Part shown: piece after piece, positions 39,027 through 49,079 of the stretch | Numbering within the stretch: the first letter of the stretch is position 1 | Layout: every line of letters starts with the position of its first letter | Assembly (NCBI GenBank): GCA_965248695.1 | Contig: CBDFKD010000002.1 | Location: 5,600,001-5,664,000 of the forward strand | Source of the DNA: Acidobacteriota bacterium | GTDB taxonomy: Bacteria > Acidobacteriota > UBA890 > WLXD01 | Reading direction: 5' to 3' | Length of the DNA: 64,000 bases | Notes under the pieces: generated by a model | Told to the model about the DNA's origin: nothing | What the model saw: only the letters and a program-made list of their open reading frames with translations | The model's database searches: none | Translations under genes and position numbers: made by a program

Positions 39027-40736
39027 GTGATGGCGGAGAGTATTCGAGCGGGCGCAATCCTGGGCGTGCTCGTCTTGATCGCCCCCGAAGGCTTGTCGGG
39101 ACAGCTTCGCCCCACGTTCCGTTTCGTCGAGGCCGCCGACGACGTCGGCCTGCTGTTCGACCATCACCACGGCGGTACGGGCGAGCGTTACCTCGTGGAG
39201 ACCATGGGATCGGGAGTGGCGACCGTCGACTACGACGCGGACGGGCGGACGGACGTGTATTTCGTACAATCCGCCGCAACACTGGGCTATGAGCCTTCCG
39301 GTCCGTTGCCCAACCGGCTCTTTCGCAACCGGTCATCCGGATACGAGGGCGGGGCGCGCTTCGTCGACGTCACGACCGCGTCCGGTGCCGGTGACGCGTC
39401 GTACGGTCAGGGCGTCGCCGCCGCCGACTACGACAACGACGGCTTTGTCGACCTGTACGTGACCAACTACGGTCCCAACGTTCTGCTGCGCAACAACGGC
39501 GACGGTACGTTCGAGGAAGTCGGCGTCAACGGCGGGGCCGACGACCAGCGTTGGAGTACATCGGCCGCCTGGGGCGACGTGGACCTGGATGGCGACCTCG
39601 ACCTCTACGTCGCCAACTACCTCGATTTCCGCTGGGACAACCACCGATACTGCGGAAAACCGCACCTGCAACTCCAGGCCTACTGCTCACCAGAGGCCTA
39701 CGCCGGAGTTTCGGACCTCCTCTACCGCAACGACGGTGACGGCTTCAGCGACGTCTCGGAGACGGCTGGCGTGGTCAACCCCGAGGAGGGCAAAGGTCTT
39801 GGTGTGATCTTCGTGGACTACGACGACGACGGGGACGCAGACCTCTATGTGGCCAACGACTCGACTCGCAACTTCCTCTACACCAACGACGGCCATGGTG
39901 GCTTCGTCGACGACGCCCTGCTCGCGGGCGCGGGGTTCAACAGGGACGGGCGGGTCGAGGGCGGGATGGGGGTCGATGCCGGCGACTACGATGGTGACGG
40001 CACGCTGGACCTTTTGGTGACCAACCTCGATCTCGAAACCAATACGCTCTACCGGGGTCTCGGGACAAGCAGCTTCAGGGACGCCAGCTTCGACGCGGGT
40101 CTCGGCGTGTCGAGCTTGATGAGCGTCGGCTTCGGCACCAACTGGATCGACGTCGACAACGACGGCGACCTCGATCTGTTCGTCGCCAACGGCCACGTCA
40201 ACGACCTCACCGCGCAGCTGCGCCAGGGCACGACTTACCGACAGCCCAACCACCTGTACCTGAACATCGGCGGCGGACGTTTCGATTCGGCGCACGCCCG
40301 CCTCGCCTCGGATCCGGTGACTGCCAAGGTCTCGCGAGGATCGGCGATCGCCGATCTCGACGAAGACGGCGATCTCGACATCGTGGTGAGCAACAACAAC
40401 CAGACTGCCGACTACCTGCGCAACGAAGGCGGCAATCGCGCCGGCGCCTTCATTCAGCTGTTGCTCGTGGGCTCGCAGGCAAATCGCTCTGCCAGCGGCG
40501 CCCGGGTGCGGGTGCAACTGGAAGGGCGAGCTCAGGTGATGGAGGTGAGGACCGGGTCTTCCTATGCGTCCACCAGCACGCCCCGGCTGCACGTCGGGCT
40601 GGGTGAGGCTCGTGCGGCCGATGTCACGATTCGCTGGCCGGGCGGCGGCATCGAGCGAATTGACCGGCTCATCGCAGGCCGGCTGTACGTCGTGCGCGAG
40701 GGTCGTGGGGTCGTCGCCTCACGCTTGTTGAACTGA
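39027..40736 (+). CDS. CRTAC1 family / FG-GAP (VCBS) repeat protein with ASPIC/UnbV domain
   Basis: Repeated DYDNDGFVDLYVTN-type motifs; C-terminal GSSYAS...LHVGLG...IRWPGG. Confidence 0.92.
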   Translation: MMAESIRAGAILGVLVLIAPEGLSGQLRPTFRFVEAADDVGLLFDHHHGGTGERYLVETMGSGVATVDYDADGRTDVYFVQSAATLGYEPSGPLPNRLFRNRSSGYEGGARFVDVTTASGAGDASYGQGVAAADYDNDGFVDLYVTNYGPNVLLRNNGDGTFEEVGVNGGADDQRWSTSAAWGDVDLDGDLDLYVANYLDFRWDNHRYCGKPHLQLQAYCSPEAYAGVSDLLYRNDGDGFSDVSETAGVVNPEEGKGLGVIFVDYDDDGDADLYVANDSTRNFLYTNDGHGGFVDDALLAGAGFNRDGRVEGGMGVDAGDYDGDGTLDLLVTNLDLETNTLYRGLGTSSFRDASFDAGLGVSSLMSVGFGTNWIDVDNDGDLDLFVANGHVNDLTAQLRQGTTYRQPNHLYLNIGGGRFDSAHARLASDPVTAKVSRGSAIADLDEDGDLDIVVSNNNQTADYLRNEGGNRAGAFIQLLLVGSQANRSASGARVRVQLEGRAQVMEVRTGSSYASTSTPRLHVGLGEARAADVTIRWPGGGIERIDRLIAGRLYVVREGRGVVASRLLN

Positions 40737-40941
40737 CGATCGAGGACTTGCCGCGCACTCTGACACGGACGTCCGGTGTCTTGTTGATCGAGACCTCCTC
40801 GCAGCAGTGGGGCGATCCCTTTCATCGCTCAACGGTTGACCTGCCATCGCCGCTGCTGCCAACGTAGCCGGGCTCGGCAACACGACGCCGACGACAAGAG
40901 CCAACGCTCGGATGAATCGAGCCCGGTCAAGGAGGCGAGAG

Positions 40942-43041
40942 ATGAGGCTCGGTCACCACAAGACACTCCTCGTTTGTTCGGTGGTCGGCTTGGTTTGTCT
41001 CGCGGCTGCGCAGGTGCTGATGGCCCATGGCGGTGAGGCACGCCTGGTCAAGCTCATGCCGTGGCAAGCGGAACGGATTCCGCGGGTCCTGGGAGCGGAG
41101 CGCTCCGAGCTCGGCGTAAGAGGTTCCGATCGCCGCATCGAGATGACGACGATCGGCGACCGATCCTGCGTCGTGGGACCGGTCATCGCCTTCGACATCG
41201 ACGACGACTACGCCTTCGATATCGACGAGCCGGTCAGTCTGACTCTCACCTATGTTCCGGAGCTCACGGGGCCGTTCACCGTTGGCTGGGACCAGAACGG
41301 CGGTGAAGGCGTCGGCGTCTCGGAGCGCATCGAGCCACAGCCGGGGGCGATGTTCCGCAGCCTGACGCTGACCCTCGACCGCGCCCGGCTGGCCGGCCAG
41401 GGTATCCGCCGCACCGACATCGCGGTCGGCGGCCAGGGCGGCATCGTGCTATGCGACGTCGAGATCGCACGCAGCGGCAGTACCGTGCCGGCCAGCGCGT
41501 TCGGGCGCCTGCAGCTGACGGTGACGGATGCGAGCTCGGAACGCCCTATCCCGGCGCGAGTGGGCGTGTACGACTCGACCGGTCGTGCGCCGCTGCCGTC
41601 GGACGATGCACTGCTGGTGCATCGGTTCACCGACGAAGTTCGTCTTCTTTGGATCCATGGCAAAACGCTGTGGCCGTCGGACAACCGCCAGGCCTTTTAC
41701 GTGAACGGGGACTACGAGGCTCGCTTGCCAGTGGGCTCCTACGAGCTCGTCCTCACGCGAGGACCCGAATACCGCGTCGCCCATCGCAGCTTTGAGGTTC
41801 GCGAGAACGTCACCAGCACGGTCGACGTGGCGATGGAACGGTACGCCGACCTGCCGGCGCGCGGCTGGTTCTCCGGCGACTCCCACGTTCACATCCAACG
41901 ACACAGGGTCGACGACGAGGCCGTCTGGGGACAGCTGGCTGCCGAGGACGTTCATGTCGCCAACCTGCTGGAGATGGGCAACATCGCCGGCACTCACTTC
42001 AAGCAACCCGCCTGGGGCGAAGAGGGCCACTTCGGACGCGATACCTACATGCTGGTCTCCGGCCAGGAAGACCCGCGCACCGTGCAGCGTGGCCACACGA
42101 TCCACCACAATCTCTATCGTCCGTTCCATCAGGATCCGGACTCCTACTTCCTCTACCATCGCGTCTTCGAGGAGTCTCACCGGCAGGGCGGCATCTCGGG
42201 GTACGCACACCTCGGTGAACTGTTCAACGGCCGGCGCGGCCTGGCGTTGGACGTGCCCTTCGGGATCGTCGACTTCATCGAGGTGCTCCAGGGCGGGCGT
42301 CTGTTCGGCGATATCTGGTACAGCTTCTTGAACCTCGGCTTCAAGGTGTTGCCGGTCGCCGGTGCCGATTTCCCGTATTTCGGTCCGACCCTGCCCGGGG
42401 TCGAGCGTACCTACGTCAAGCTGGATGGCCCATTCAGCGTCGATGCCTTCTTCGACGCCTTCCTGCGTGGTCGAGTGTTCGTGAGCAACGGCCCGTTCCT
42501 GGAGTTCACCGTGAACGGGCACGAGATCGGCGAGGAGCTACGGGTAGAGCGTGGTGCGCGGCTCGAGATCGTAGCCGAAGCGTCACTCAACCCGGACGTC
42601 GACCAGCTCGACCGATTGGAGCTGCTGGTTCACGGTGAGGTGGTGACGTCGGAGGCGGCCGGCGGACGAGACCGGGTCCGGCTGCGCACGGAGATCACCG
42701 CCGACCGCAGCATGTGGCTCGCCGTTCGCGCCCTTGGGCAGCGCCAGGAGCGCCGCAACTCGATCGTCGCTCACAGCGCCCCGACCGTGGTCATCGTCGA
42801 TGACGAGCCGTTCTGGAAGCCGGAAGCCGTCCCCGAGCTGGTCGCCCGTCATCGCGCCCAACTGCAAGAGCTGATGACGGCGCGGATCGCGCCGGACGAT
42901 GATCTGGAGCCGTGGGAGACCCGCTACCTGCTGCTGCAACAATGGGAGCGACAACGCGAGCTACTGGAGTCCCGGGTGGAAGAGGCCGACGCGCGCTACC
43001 TCGATTTGTTGGAGCGCGTCCAGGCATCATCGCGGCGCTAG
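40942..43041 (+). CDS. Secreted CehA/McbA-family (PHP-like) metallohydrolase
   Basis: RGPEY, GWFSGDSHVH, GYAH, AGAD, VSNGPFL; RBS AAGGAGG. Confidence 0.82.
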   Translation: MRLGHHKTLLVCSVVGLVCLAAAQVLMAHGGEARLVKLMPWQAERIPRVLGAERSELGVRGSDRRIEMTTIGDRSCVVGPVIAFDIDDDYAFDIDEPVSLTLTYVPELTGPFTVGWDQNGGEGVGVSERIEPQPGAMFRSLTLTLDRARLAGQGIRRTDIAVGGQGGIVLCDVEIARSGSTVPASAFGRLQLTVTDASSERPIPARVGVYDSTGRAPLPSDDALLVHRFTDEVRLLWIHGKTLWPSDNRQAFYVNGDYEARLPVGSYELVLTRGPEYRVAHRSFEVRENVTSTVDVAMERYADLPARGWFSGDSHVHIQRHRVDDEAVWGQLAAEDVHVANLLEMGNIAGTHFKQPAWGEEGHFGRDTYMLVSGQEDPRTVQRGHTIHHNLYRPFHQDPDSYFLYHRVFEESHRQGGISGYAHLGELFNGRRGLALDVPFGIVDFIEVLQGGRLFGDIWYSFLNLGFKVLPVAGADFPYFGPTLPGVERTYVKLDGPFSVDAFFDAFLRGRVFVSNGPFLEFTVNGHEIGEELRVERGARLEIVAEASLNPDVDQLDRLELLVHGEVVTSEAAGGRDRVRLRTEITADRSMWLAVRALGQRQERRNSIVAHSAPTVVIVDDEPFWKPEAVPELVARHRAQLQELMTARIAPDDDLEPWETRYLLLQQWERQRELLESRVEEADARYLDLLERVQASSRR

Positions 43042-43077
43042 CAAAGCACGCGGAGCACCATTGAAGGAGGATCACTC

Positions 43078-44808
43078 ATGAAGAGGATCTCCAAGCATCG
43101 GATCTTGGAGCTTACTTTCCGCCACATCGTCATCCTGGGAGCCGCCGTCGCGCTGACCGTCGCGGGCGAGGCTCCCGCGCGCGCGCGCGCTTCTCAAGCA
43201 GCCGAGCCCTTCGACGTCCTGATCCAAGGCGGACGTGTCTTTGATGGCAGCGGCAACCCCTGGTTCCGCGCCGACGTCGGCGTGCGGGATGGCAAGATCG
43301 CCGCCATCAGCGACCTCTCCGACGCCGCTGCGGCGCATGTCATCGATGCCACCGGCATGGCCGTCGCCCCCGGCTTCATCGACATCCACAGCCATTCGGA
43401 CGGCACTCTGCCCGTCGATGGCACGGCACAGAGCAAGATCCGCCAGGGGGTAACGTTGGATGTCGGCGGCGAGCGGTCGTCGGTAGCGCCACTGGCCGGC
43501 GAAGTGCTGGAGGAGCGCCGGGCCAGCGCTCGAAGCCAGGGTTACGAGCTCGACTGGACCGATCTCGACGGCTACTTCGAGCACCTGATGCGCAAAGGCA
43601 TCTCGCTCAACGTCGCCATCAAGATCGCACCTCAACAGGTCAAGCGCGTCGTCGTCGGTGGGAGCGTAGAGCAGGCTGCTACGCCGGAGCAGCTGGAGCG
43701 CATGAAGCAGCTGATCGTCGAGGCGATGCACGACGGCGCCATCGGTATCGCCAGCTGGTTCCGCGGCGGCGGCTATCGCTTCGCCGAGGAGATGATCCCG
43801 ATGGCGCAAGCGGCAGTCGATCACGGCGCCGTGGTCTATGAGACGCATGTCGGCAGCGAGGGCTACCAGCTGCAGGAAGAGCTGCAGAAAGCGATCGACA
43901 TCGTCGAGCAGACGGGCCTGCCGGTGAGCGTTGCCCACTTCAAGATTCGCGGCCGCGCCATCTGGGATCAGCTGGAGCCCGCCATCCGCATGATCGAGGA
44001 CGCTCGCGAGCGCGGCCTGGACATCACCGCCAACCAGTACCCCTACACGGCGATGACGCAGGGGTGGTCCAACTTCTTCCCGACCTGGGCGCGTGAGACG
44101 GAGGACCTGGAGGATCTCCTCGGGAGCATCGCCACCCGCGATCGGATCCGCAACGATCCTGAGTGGATCCAGTACTTCGAGGAGCACGGCGGTATCGAGG
44201 GCGTCGTCCTGTGCTGCCTCCGAAACGACAGTCCGGTCAAGCAGTACGACGGCATGAGCGTGGCGGAGATCGCCGCGGAGCGTGGTGATCCGGACCCGAT
44301 CAATGCTCTCTTCGAAGTGGTGATGGAGAACGGTCGTTTCCCGGGCGGCATCCACCACAACCAATCGGAGGAGAACGTGCGCCGCATCATGGCGCTGCCG
44401 TGGGTGGCGATCGCTTCGGACGGATGGGCCGTGCGTCCGGACGGCATTCTGGGTGAAGGGGTCGTGCACCCGCGACTCTACGGCACCTTTCCCCGCGTGC
44501 TGGGACGCTACGTGCGCGACCAGCCGCTGCTGACCTTGGCGGACGCGATCCGCAAGATGACCTCCCTGCCGGCCCAGGTGCTTCGGCTCGAGGACAGGGG
44601 TAGCCTACGCCAGGGCTACTGGGCCGATATCGTCGTCTTCGACCCGGAGACGGTTATCGACGTCGCCACCTACGACGAGCCGCACCGGTACCCGATCGGC
44701 GTCGACTATGTGTTGGTCAACGGCGTCGTCGTCATCGACGACGGCGAGCACACCGGTGCGCGGCCCGGACAACCCGTCTATGGGCCCGGAAGACGAGCCA
44801 CGCATTGA
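43078..44808 (+). CDS. Secreted N-acyl-D-amino-acid deacylase (D-aminoacylase) family
   Basis: APGFIDIHSHSD, ANQYPY, IASDG, HPRLYGTFPRVLG, ADIVVFDP. Confidence 0.92.
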   Translation: MKRISKHRILELTFRHIVILGAAVALTVAGEAPARARASQAAEPFDVLIQGGRVFDGSGNPWFRADVGVRDGKIAAISDLSDAAAAHVIDATGMAVAPGFIDIHSHSDGTLPVDGTAQSKIRQGVTLDVGGERSSVAPLAGEVLEERRASARSQGYELDWTDLDGYFEHLMRKGISLNVAIKIAPQQVKRVVVGGSVEQAATPEQLERMKQLIVEAMHDGAIGIASWFRGGGYRFAEEMIPMAQAAVDHGAVVYETHVGSEGYQLQEELQKAIDIVEQTGLPVSVAHFKIRGRAIWDQLEPAIRMIEDARERGLDITANQYPYTAMTQGWSNFFPTWARETEDLEDLLGSIATRDRIRNDPEWIQYFEEHGGIEGVVLCCLRNDSPVKQYDGMSVAEIAAERGDPDPINALFEVVMENGRFPGGIHHNQSEENVRRIMALPWVAIASDGWAVRPDGILGEGVVHPRLYGTFPRVLGRYVRDQPLLTLADAIRKMTSLPAQVLRLEDRGSLRQGYWADIVVFDPETVIDVATYDEPHRYPIGVDYVLVNGVVVIDDGEHTGARPGQPVYGPGRRATH

Positions 44809-44993
44809 ACACTCGACAGGGGCCGGCGTCGACAAGCGTCGTTGCCGCGGTCGTCAGTTGCACCGCACGACCTCACTGCATCTCGGAGACGCCAGACAGA
44901 GAGAATTCTCTCAAGCTCGACGATGCCGTGGTGAAAGCGGTGCGCGTGTGCTTCCATTCAGGGATCTGAGTGTCGGGGCCGCGGGAGGATGGC

Positions 44994-46544
44994 ATGAGCA
45001 AAAGAGACAGCGAGAACGGGAAAGAGACCAAGGGAAAGAAGGTCAGTCGCCGCGACTTCGCCAAGTCATCGGTCGCAGCGGGGGCCGCTGCAGTAGCGCT
45101 TCCCAAGGCGTTGCGTGGCGAACCGTTGGTGGAGAAGGCAGCGTCGACGGCGGCAAAGGCATCGACCTCCGCGAGTCGGGGCCCGATTACGATGCCGCCC
45201 GAAGTGTCGTACGGCGGTGTGGATTTCGACGGACGCGACGTGCTCCTGGATGAGATTCTGTCGCCCCCCGGCAAAGCGCCGACCTATCCAGGCGGATGGC
45301 AGGAGGGAACGACGATTCCTGCCGAGTACTACCTCGACGAGAAGCACTGGCTCAACGAAGAGCGCTTCCTCCGTGATCAATTCTGGTTCATGGCCGACCA
45401 CGAGAGCCGCATCGCCAATCCCGGCGACTACTTCCTCTTCGAGTTCGGGCGTGGCGACAGTGTGATCATCGCGCGCGCCGAAGACGGTTCCGTGAAGGCC
45501 CACCACAACGTCTGTCGACACCGCGGATCGCGCATCTGCCTGCACGACCAGAACCTGCCCGGGTCGGCGACGGCCAACGGCAAGCCGGAGGACCCGCGGC
45601 TGTCGGTAGTGCAGCAGGGGCCGAGCGGCAATACGGCGGTCTTCCGTTGCCCCTATCACGCCTGGACGTACGATCTCGACGGCAAGCTGATCTCGTTCCC
45701 CACCGGCATGCCGGAGGGGTTCGACGAAACCCAGCACGGCCTGCACCCGGCCCATGTGCGGATGGTCGAAGGATTCATCTTCGTCAGCCTGGCCGACGAG
45801 GAGCCATCGGGGTTCGACGAGTTCGTTGCCAACTGGCGACGGGTGTCCCAGTTCTATGGGACCGCGGGCATGAAAGTAGCGGCGCGCACGCAACACCCGA
45901 CGAGGGCCAACTGGAAGCTGGCGGTGGAGAACTTCGAAGAGTGCTATCACTGTGAGCCAGCGCACAAGTCGCTGGTAGAGGTGCAGTGGTGGCAGCGCCA
46001 ACACGTGCTGAGCGACGAGCAAGTCGCCGACATCGAGCAGGCGGTGGCGCGTCACCAACACCCGGACGAGAAACTTCGGAAGGGGGCGGACGGGGTACGG
46101 GAGGACACCTATTCAATGAGCGTCCACCTGGCTCCCGGCTACGTGACGGGCAGCCTCGATGGCAAGCCGGTAGCGCCGCTCTTGCTCGACGAGTGGACGC
46201 ACAAGCGCCGCGGCGCCACGACCGGGTTCTCGACGTCGTTCTTCGCCGCCTACGACGATCATCTCGCGGTCGCCCGATTCACCCCACGAGACATCTTGAT
46301 GACCGATGTCGAGATCTTCTGGCTGGTAAGAGGCGACGCGAAGGAAGACGAGGTAGACGTAGAGCGAATGATGGAGCTCTGGGACGTCACCTATCGTGAG
46401 GATCTATGGATCGTCGAGAACAACCAGCACGGCATCCGCAACAGCCGCTACAACCATCGCGGCGGACAGCCATACGCGCAACGTGAGGGCGGACCCGCTG
46501 GGTTCATCAAGTGGTACATGACCGAAATCGCACCCCACGCATGA
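44994..46544 (+). CDS. Rieske oxygenase alpha subunit with Tat leader, copy 5
   Basis: SRRDFAKSSVAAGAAAV; CRH-x42-CPYH; ENFEECYHCEPAH; REDLW. Confidence 0.9.
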   Translation: MSKRDSENGKETKGKKVSRRDFAKSSVAAGAAAVALPKALRGEPLVEKAASTAAKASTSASRGPITMPPEVSYGGVDFDGRDVLLDEILSPPGKAPTYPGGWQEGTTIPAEYYLDEKHWLNEERFLRDQFWFMADHESRIANPGDYFLFEFGRGDSVIIARAEDGSVKAHHNVCRHRGSRICLHDQNLPGSATANGKPEDPRLSVVQQGPSGNTAVFRCPYHAWTYDLDGKLISFPTGMPEGFDETQHGLHPAHVRMVEGFIFVSLADEEPSGFDEFVANWRRVSQFYGTAGMKVAARTQHPTRANWKLAVENFEECYHCEPAHKSLVEVQWWQRQHVLSDEQVADIEQAVARHQHPDEKLRKGADGVREDTYSMSVHLAPGYVTGSLDGKPVAPLLLDEWTHKRRGATTGFSTSFFAAYDDHLAVARFTPRDILMTDVEIFWLVRGDAKEDEVDVERMMELWDVTYREDLWIVENNQHGIRNSRYNHRGGQPYAQREGGPAGFIKWYMTEIAPHA

Positions 46545-46552
46545 GGTAAGCC

Positions 46553-48517
46553 ATGACAAATCGCGATCTCGGCATGCGCCGCGACATCACCCGTCGTGAC
46601 TTCGTCAACGGAGTCAGCGTCGCCGTCGGCGGGGCGCTGGCGCTGCCGGCCCGACTGCGCGCCGCCGGAATGCCACAGGCCTACGCGCCCGAGCAGACGG
46701 CGGACTACTACCCGCCTACCCGTACCGGCATGCGGGGCTCCCATCCGGGCTCCTTCGAGGCGGCGCACGCCGCCCGCGACGGGATGAATTTCGATGCCGC
46801 CGAGGATACCGGCGAGACCTACGATCTTATCGTCGTCGGTGCCGGCCTCAGCGGTCTGGCAGCAGCGTATTTCTATCGCAAGGCAACCGGCCCCGACGCC
46901 CGCATCCTGATCCTCGAGAACCACGACGACTTCGGCGGCCACGCCAAGCGCAACGAGTTCGAGCACGACGGCGAGGTGCTGCTTGCAACGGGCGGCACGG
47001 TGTACATGGTGCACGCGGACCAATACCCGGCGCCGGCGCGGGAGATGCTCGAGGACATCGGCGTCGAGCTCGATCATCCGACCAACAACATGCATCGAGG
47101 CATGTTCAGGGAGATGGGACTGGAGCCCGCCGTCTTCTTCCACGAGGAAGGCTACGGCGAGGACGCGCTTGTCGCCGGCAGCGTCCGACGACCCACCGAG
47201 GAGTTCCTCGCCAAGACGCCGCTGCCTGACCAGGTGCGGGCAGATCTACTGCGCCTCTGGAACGACCGGCGCGACTACATGCCTGGGCTGTCCCAGGCGG
47301 AGAAAATCCAGGAACTCCAACGGATCAGCTACCGCGACTATCTGCTCGACGTCGCCAAGGTCCATCCGGACGTGCTGCCGCTGGTGGGTGGCGTTTGGTG
47401 TCTTGGCGCCGATACATCGAGCGCCTGGTTCGCCCTGTATCGTGCGCTGCCGGGTTTCCAGGGACTCGGGATCGCGATTCCGGCGGAGTCGCCGTCGCTC
47501 CCCGGCCACGGCAAGACCGACGTCTACTTCCCCGCCGGCAACTCCGACATCGCCCGGATGATCGTCCGATCGTTGATCCCGGCAGCCCTGCCGGCCGGGT
47601 CGATGGCCGACCTCGAGCTGCAGCGCACCGACTACTCGACGCTCGACGAACCGCGCTCGCCCGTCCACCTGCGGCTCAACAGCGCGGCCGTGCACGTACG
47701 CCATGTCGGCGATGCGCCCGATCTCTTGAGCTCCGACTCGCGCCAGACCGAGGTCACCTACGTGCGTGGCGGCCGAGCCTATAAGGTGCGAGGAAAGGGC
47801 TGTGTGCTGGCCTGCTACCACACCATGATCCCGCATCTGTGCCCCGAGCTTCCGAACAAGCAGAAGGACGCCCTGAGCCTCGCCTCACGCGCCGTACAGA
47901 TGTACACCAACGTCCTGGTGCGCGACTGGAGGCCTTTCGAAGAACTGGGCGTGTCGACGATTTCGTGTCCGGGTTCGTTCTACAGCGCCATCCGTCCGCG
48001 AACACCGCATGCGTTCGGGGCCCACGATCCACCGCGTTCGCCCGGCGACCCGATCATTGTCTCGCTGGGAGACGGCGGCGGGGTGCTCTCCTGGGAGCCG
48101 ATGGTTCGAGGTCTACGCCGCGGAGAATCGATTCCACCCGGCACACCGGTTCGGGAGCAAATGCGATTGGTGCGACAGGGGCTGCTGGAGACATCCTTCG
48201 AGGATTTCGAACGGCGAATTCGTGAACAGATGACGCGGGTGCTGGGGCCGGCAGGCTTCGACGCGGCGCGCGACATCGAGGCCATCATGGTCAACCGCTG
48301 GCCACACGGCTATGCGCTGGCGACCAACACGCTCTTCGACCCGGAGTGGGCGCCCGGCGAGGAACCTTGGAAAGTCGCCAGTCGGCAGTTCGGGCGGATC
48401 ACGATCGCCAACACCGATGCCTCGGGGATCGATCTCACTCAGACCGCTTTCGACGAGGCTCACCGCGCGGTGGACGAACTCCTGCAGATGCGCCACGGCT
48501 GGTTCCCGAAGGTCTGA
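46553..48517 (+). CDS. Tat-exported SpdH-like FAD/heme b oxidoreductase, copy 3
   Basis: TRRDFVNG; YYPPTRTGMRGSHPGSFEAAH; NHDDFGGHAKRNEF; NRWPHGYA; starts 8 bp after the Rieske stop. Confidence 0.88.
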   Translation: MTNRDLGMRRDITRRDFVNGVSVAVGGALALPARLRAAGMPQAYAPEQTADYYPPTRTGMRGSHPGSFEAAHAARDGMNFDAAEDTGETYDLIVVGAGLSGLAAAYFYRKATGPDARILILENHDDFGGHAKRNEFEHDGEVLLATGGTVYMVHADQYPAPAREMLEDIGVELDHPTNNMHRGMFREMGLEPAVFFHEEGYGEDALVAGSVRRPTEEFLAKTPLPDQVRADLLRLWNDRRDYMPGLSQAEKIQELQRISYRDYLLDVAKVHPDVLPLVGGVWCLGADTSSAWFALYRALPGFQGLGIAIPAESPSLPGHGKTDVYFPAGNSDIARMIVRSLIPAALPAGSMADLELQRTDYSTLDEPRSPVHLRLNSAAVHVRHVGDAPDLLSSDSRQTEVTYVRGGRAYKVRGKGCVLACYHTMIPHLCPELPNKQKDALSLASRAVQMYTNVLVRDWRPFEELGVSTISCPGSFYSAIRPRTPHAFGAHDPPRSPGDPIIVSLGDGGGVLSWEPMVRGLRRGESIPPGTPVREQMRLVRQGLLETSFEDFERRIREQMTRVLGPAGFDAARDIEAIMVNRWPHGYALATNTLFDPEWAPGEEPWKVASRQFGRITIANTDASGIDLTQTAFDEAHRAVDELLQMRHGWFPKV

Positions 48518-48528
48518 GTCCGGTACCT

Positions 48529-48999
48529 CTACTGCTTGTCGAAGTGGAGCTCCTGGAGGATCGAGCCGTCCGCCCGGTACCACATCACCTGCATCGTCTT
48601 GCCGTCCTCCGAGACCTGTCGCAAGAACATGCCGGAGAAGGTCCCATCGGCGCGCTTGCCGAGCCGCAGCTCGCTGCGTTCCGACATGCGGATCATCCTC
48701 ACGAACCCCCGCGATTCCTCGCCGGTGTCGAGGCTCTTGCCCCGGTACCACTGGCCGTCGTCGAAGGTTGCCGTATACGTGCTCCGTGATCGCCGGCCGT
48801 TGTCGGTGATGTCGTTGATACCGGTCTCGGCGTTGTTCTCATGCTTGAGCGTGATGATCTCCACTTCCGGAAGCGGCGAGCCGTTGGTAATCGACTTCGA
48901 TTGATCGAGCTTCCAGACCCCGTTGAAGGGATCGTCCTGGGCATGGGCAGTCCCGACCAGCAAGAGAGACAGTGCGAGCGCTGCGATCGACGTCTTCAT
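48529..48999 (-). CDS. Small secreted hypothetical beta-rich protein
   Basis: MKTSIAALALSLLLVGTAHA-QDDPFNGVWKLDQSKS; RBS GGAG. Confidence 0.78.
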   Translation of the reverse strand: MKTSIAALALSLLLVGTAHAQDDPFNGVWKLDQSKSITNGSPLPEVEIITLKHENNAETGINDITDNGRRSRSTYTATFDDGQWYRGKSLDTGEESRGFVRMIRMSERSELRLGKRADGTFSGMFLRQVSEDGKTMQVMWYRADGSILQELHFDKQ

Positions 49000-49079
49000 G
49001 GTTTTCTCCCTGTTTGTGAGTAGTGCAAGCCCGAATCGGTTGCTCGCCGTGCCGCTCTCGTCGACGCTGGCTCCGGTGC

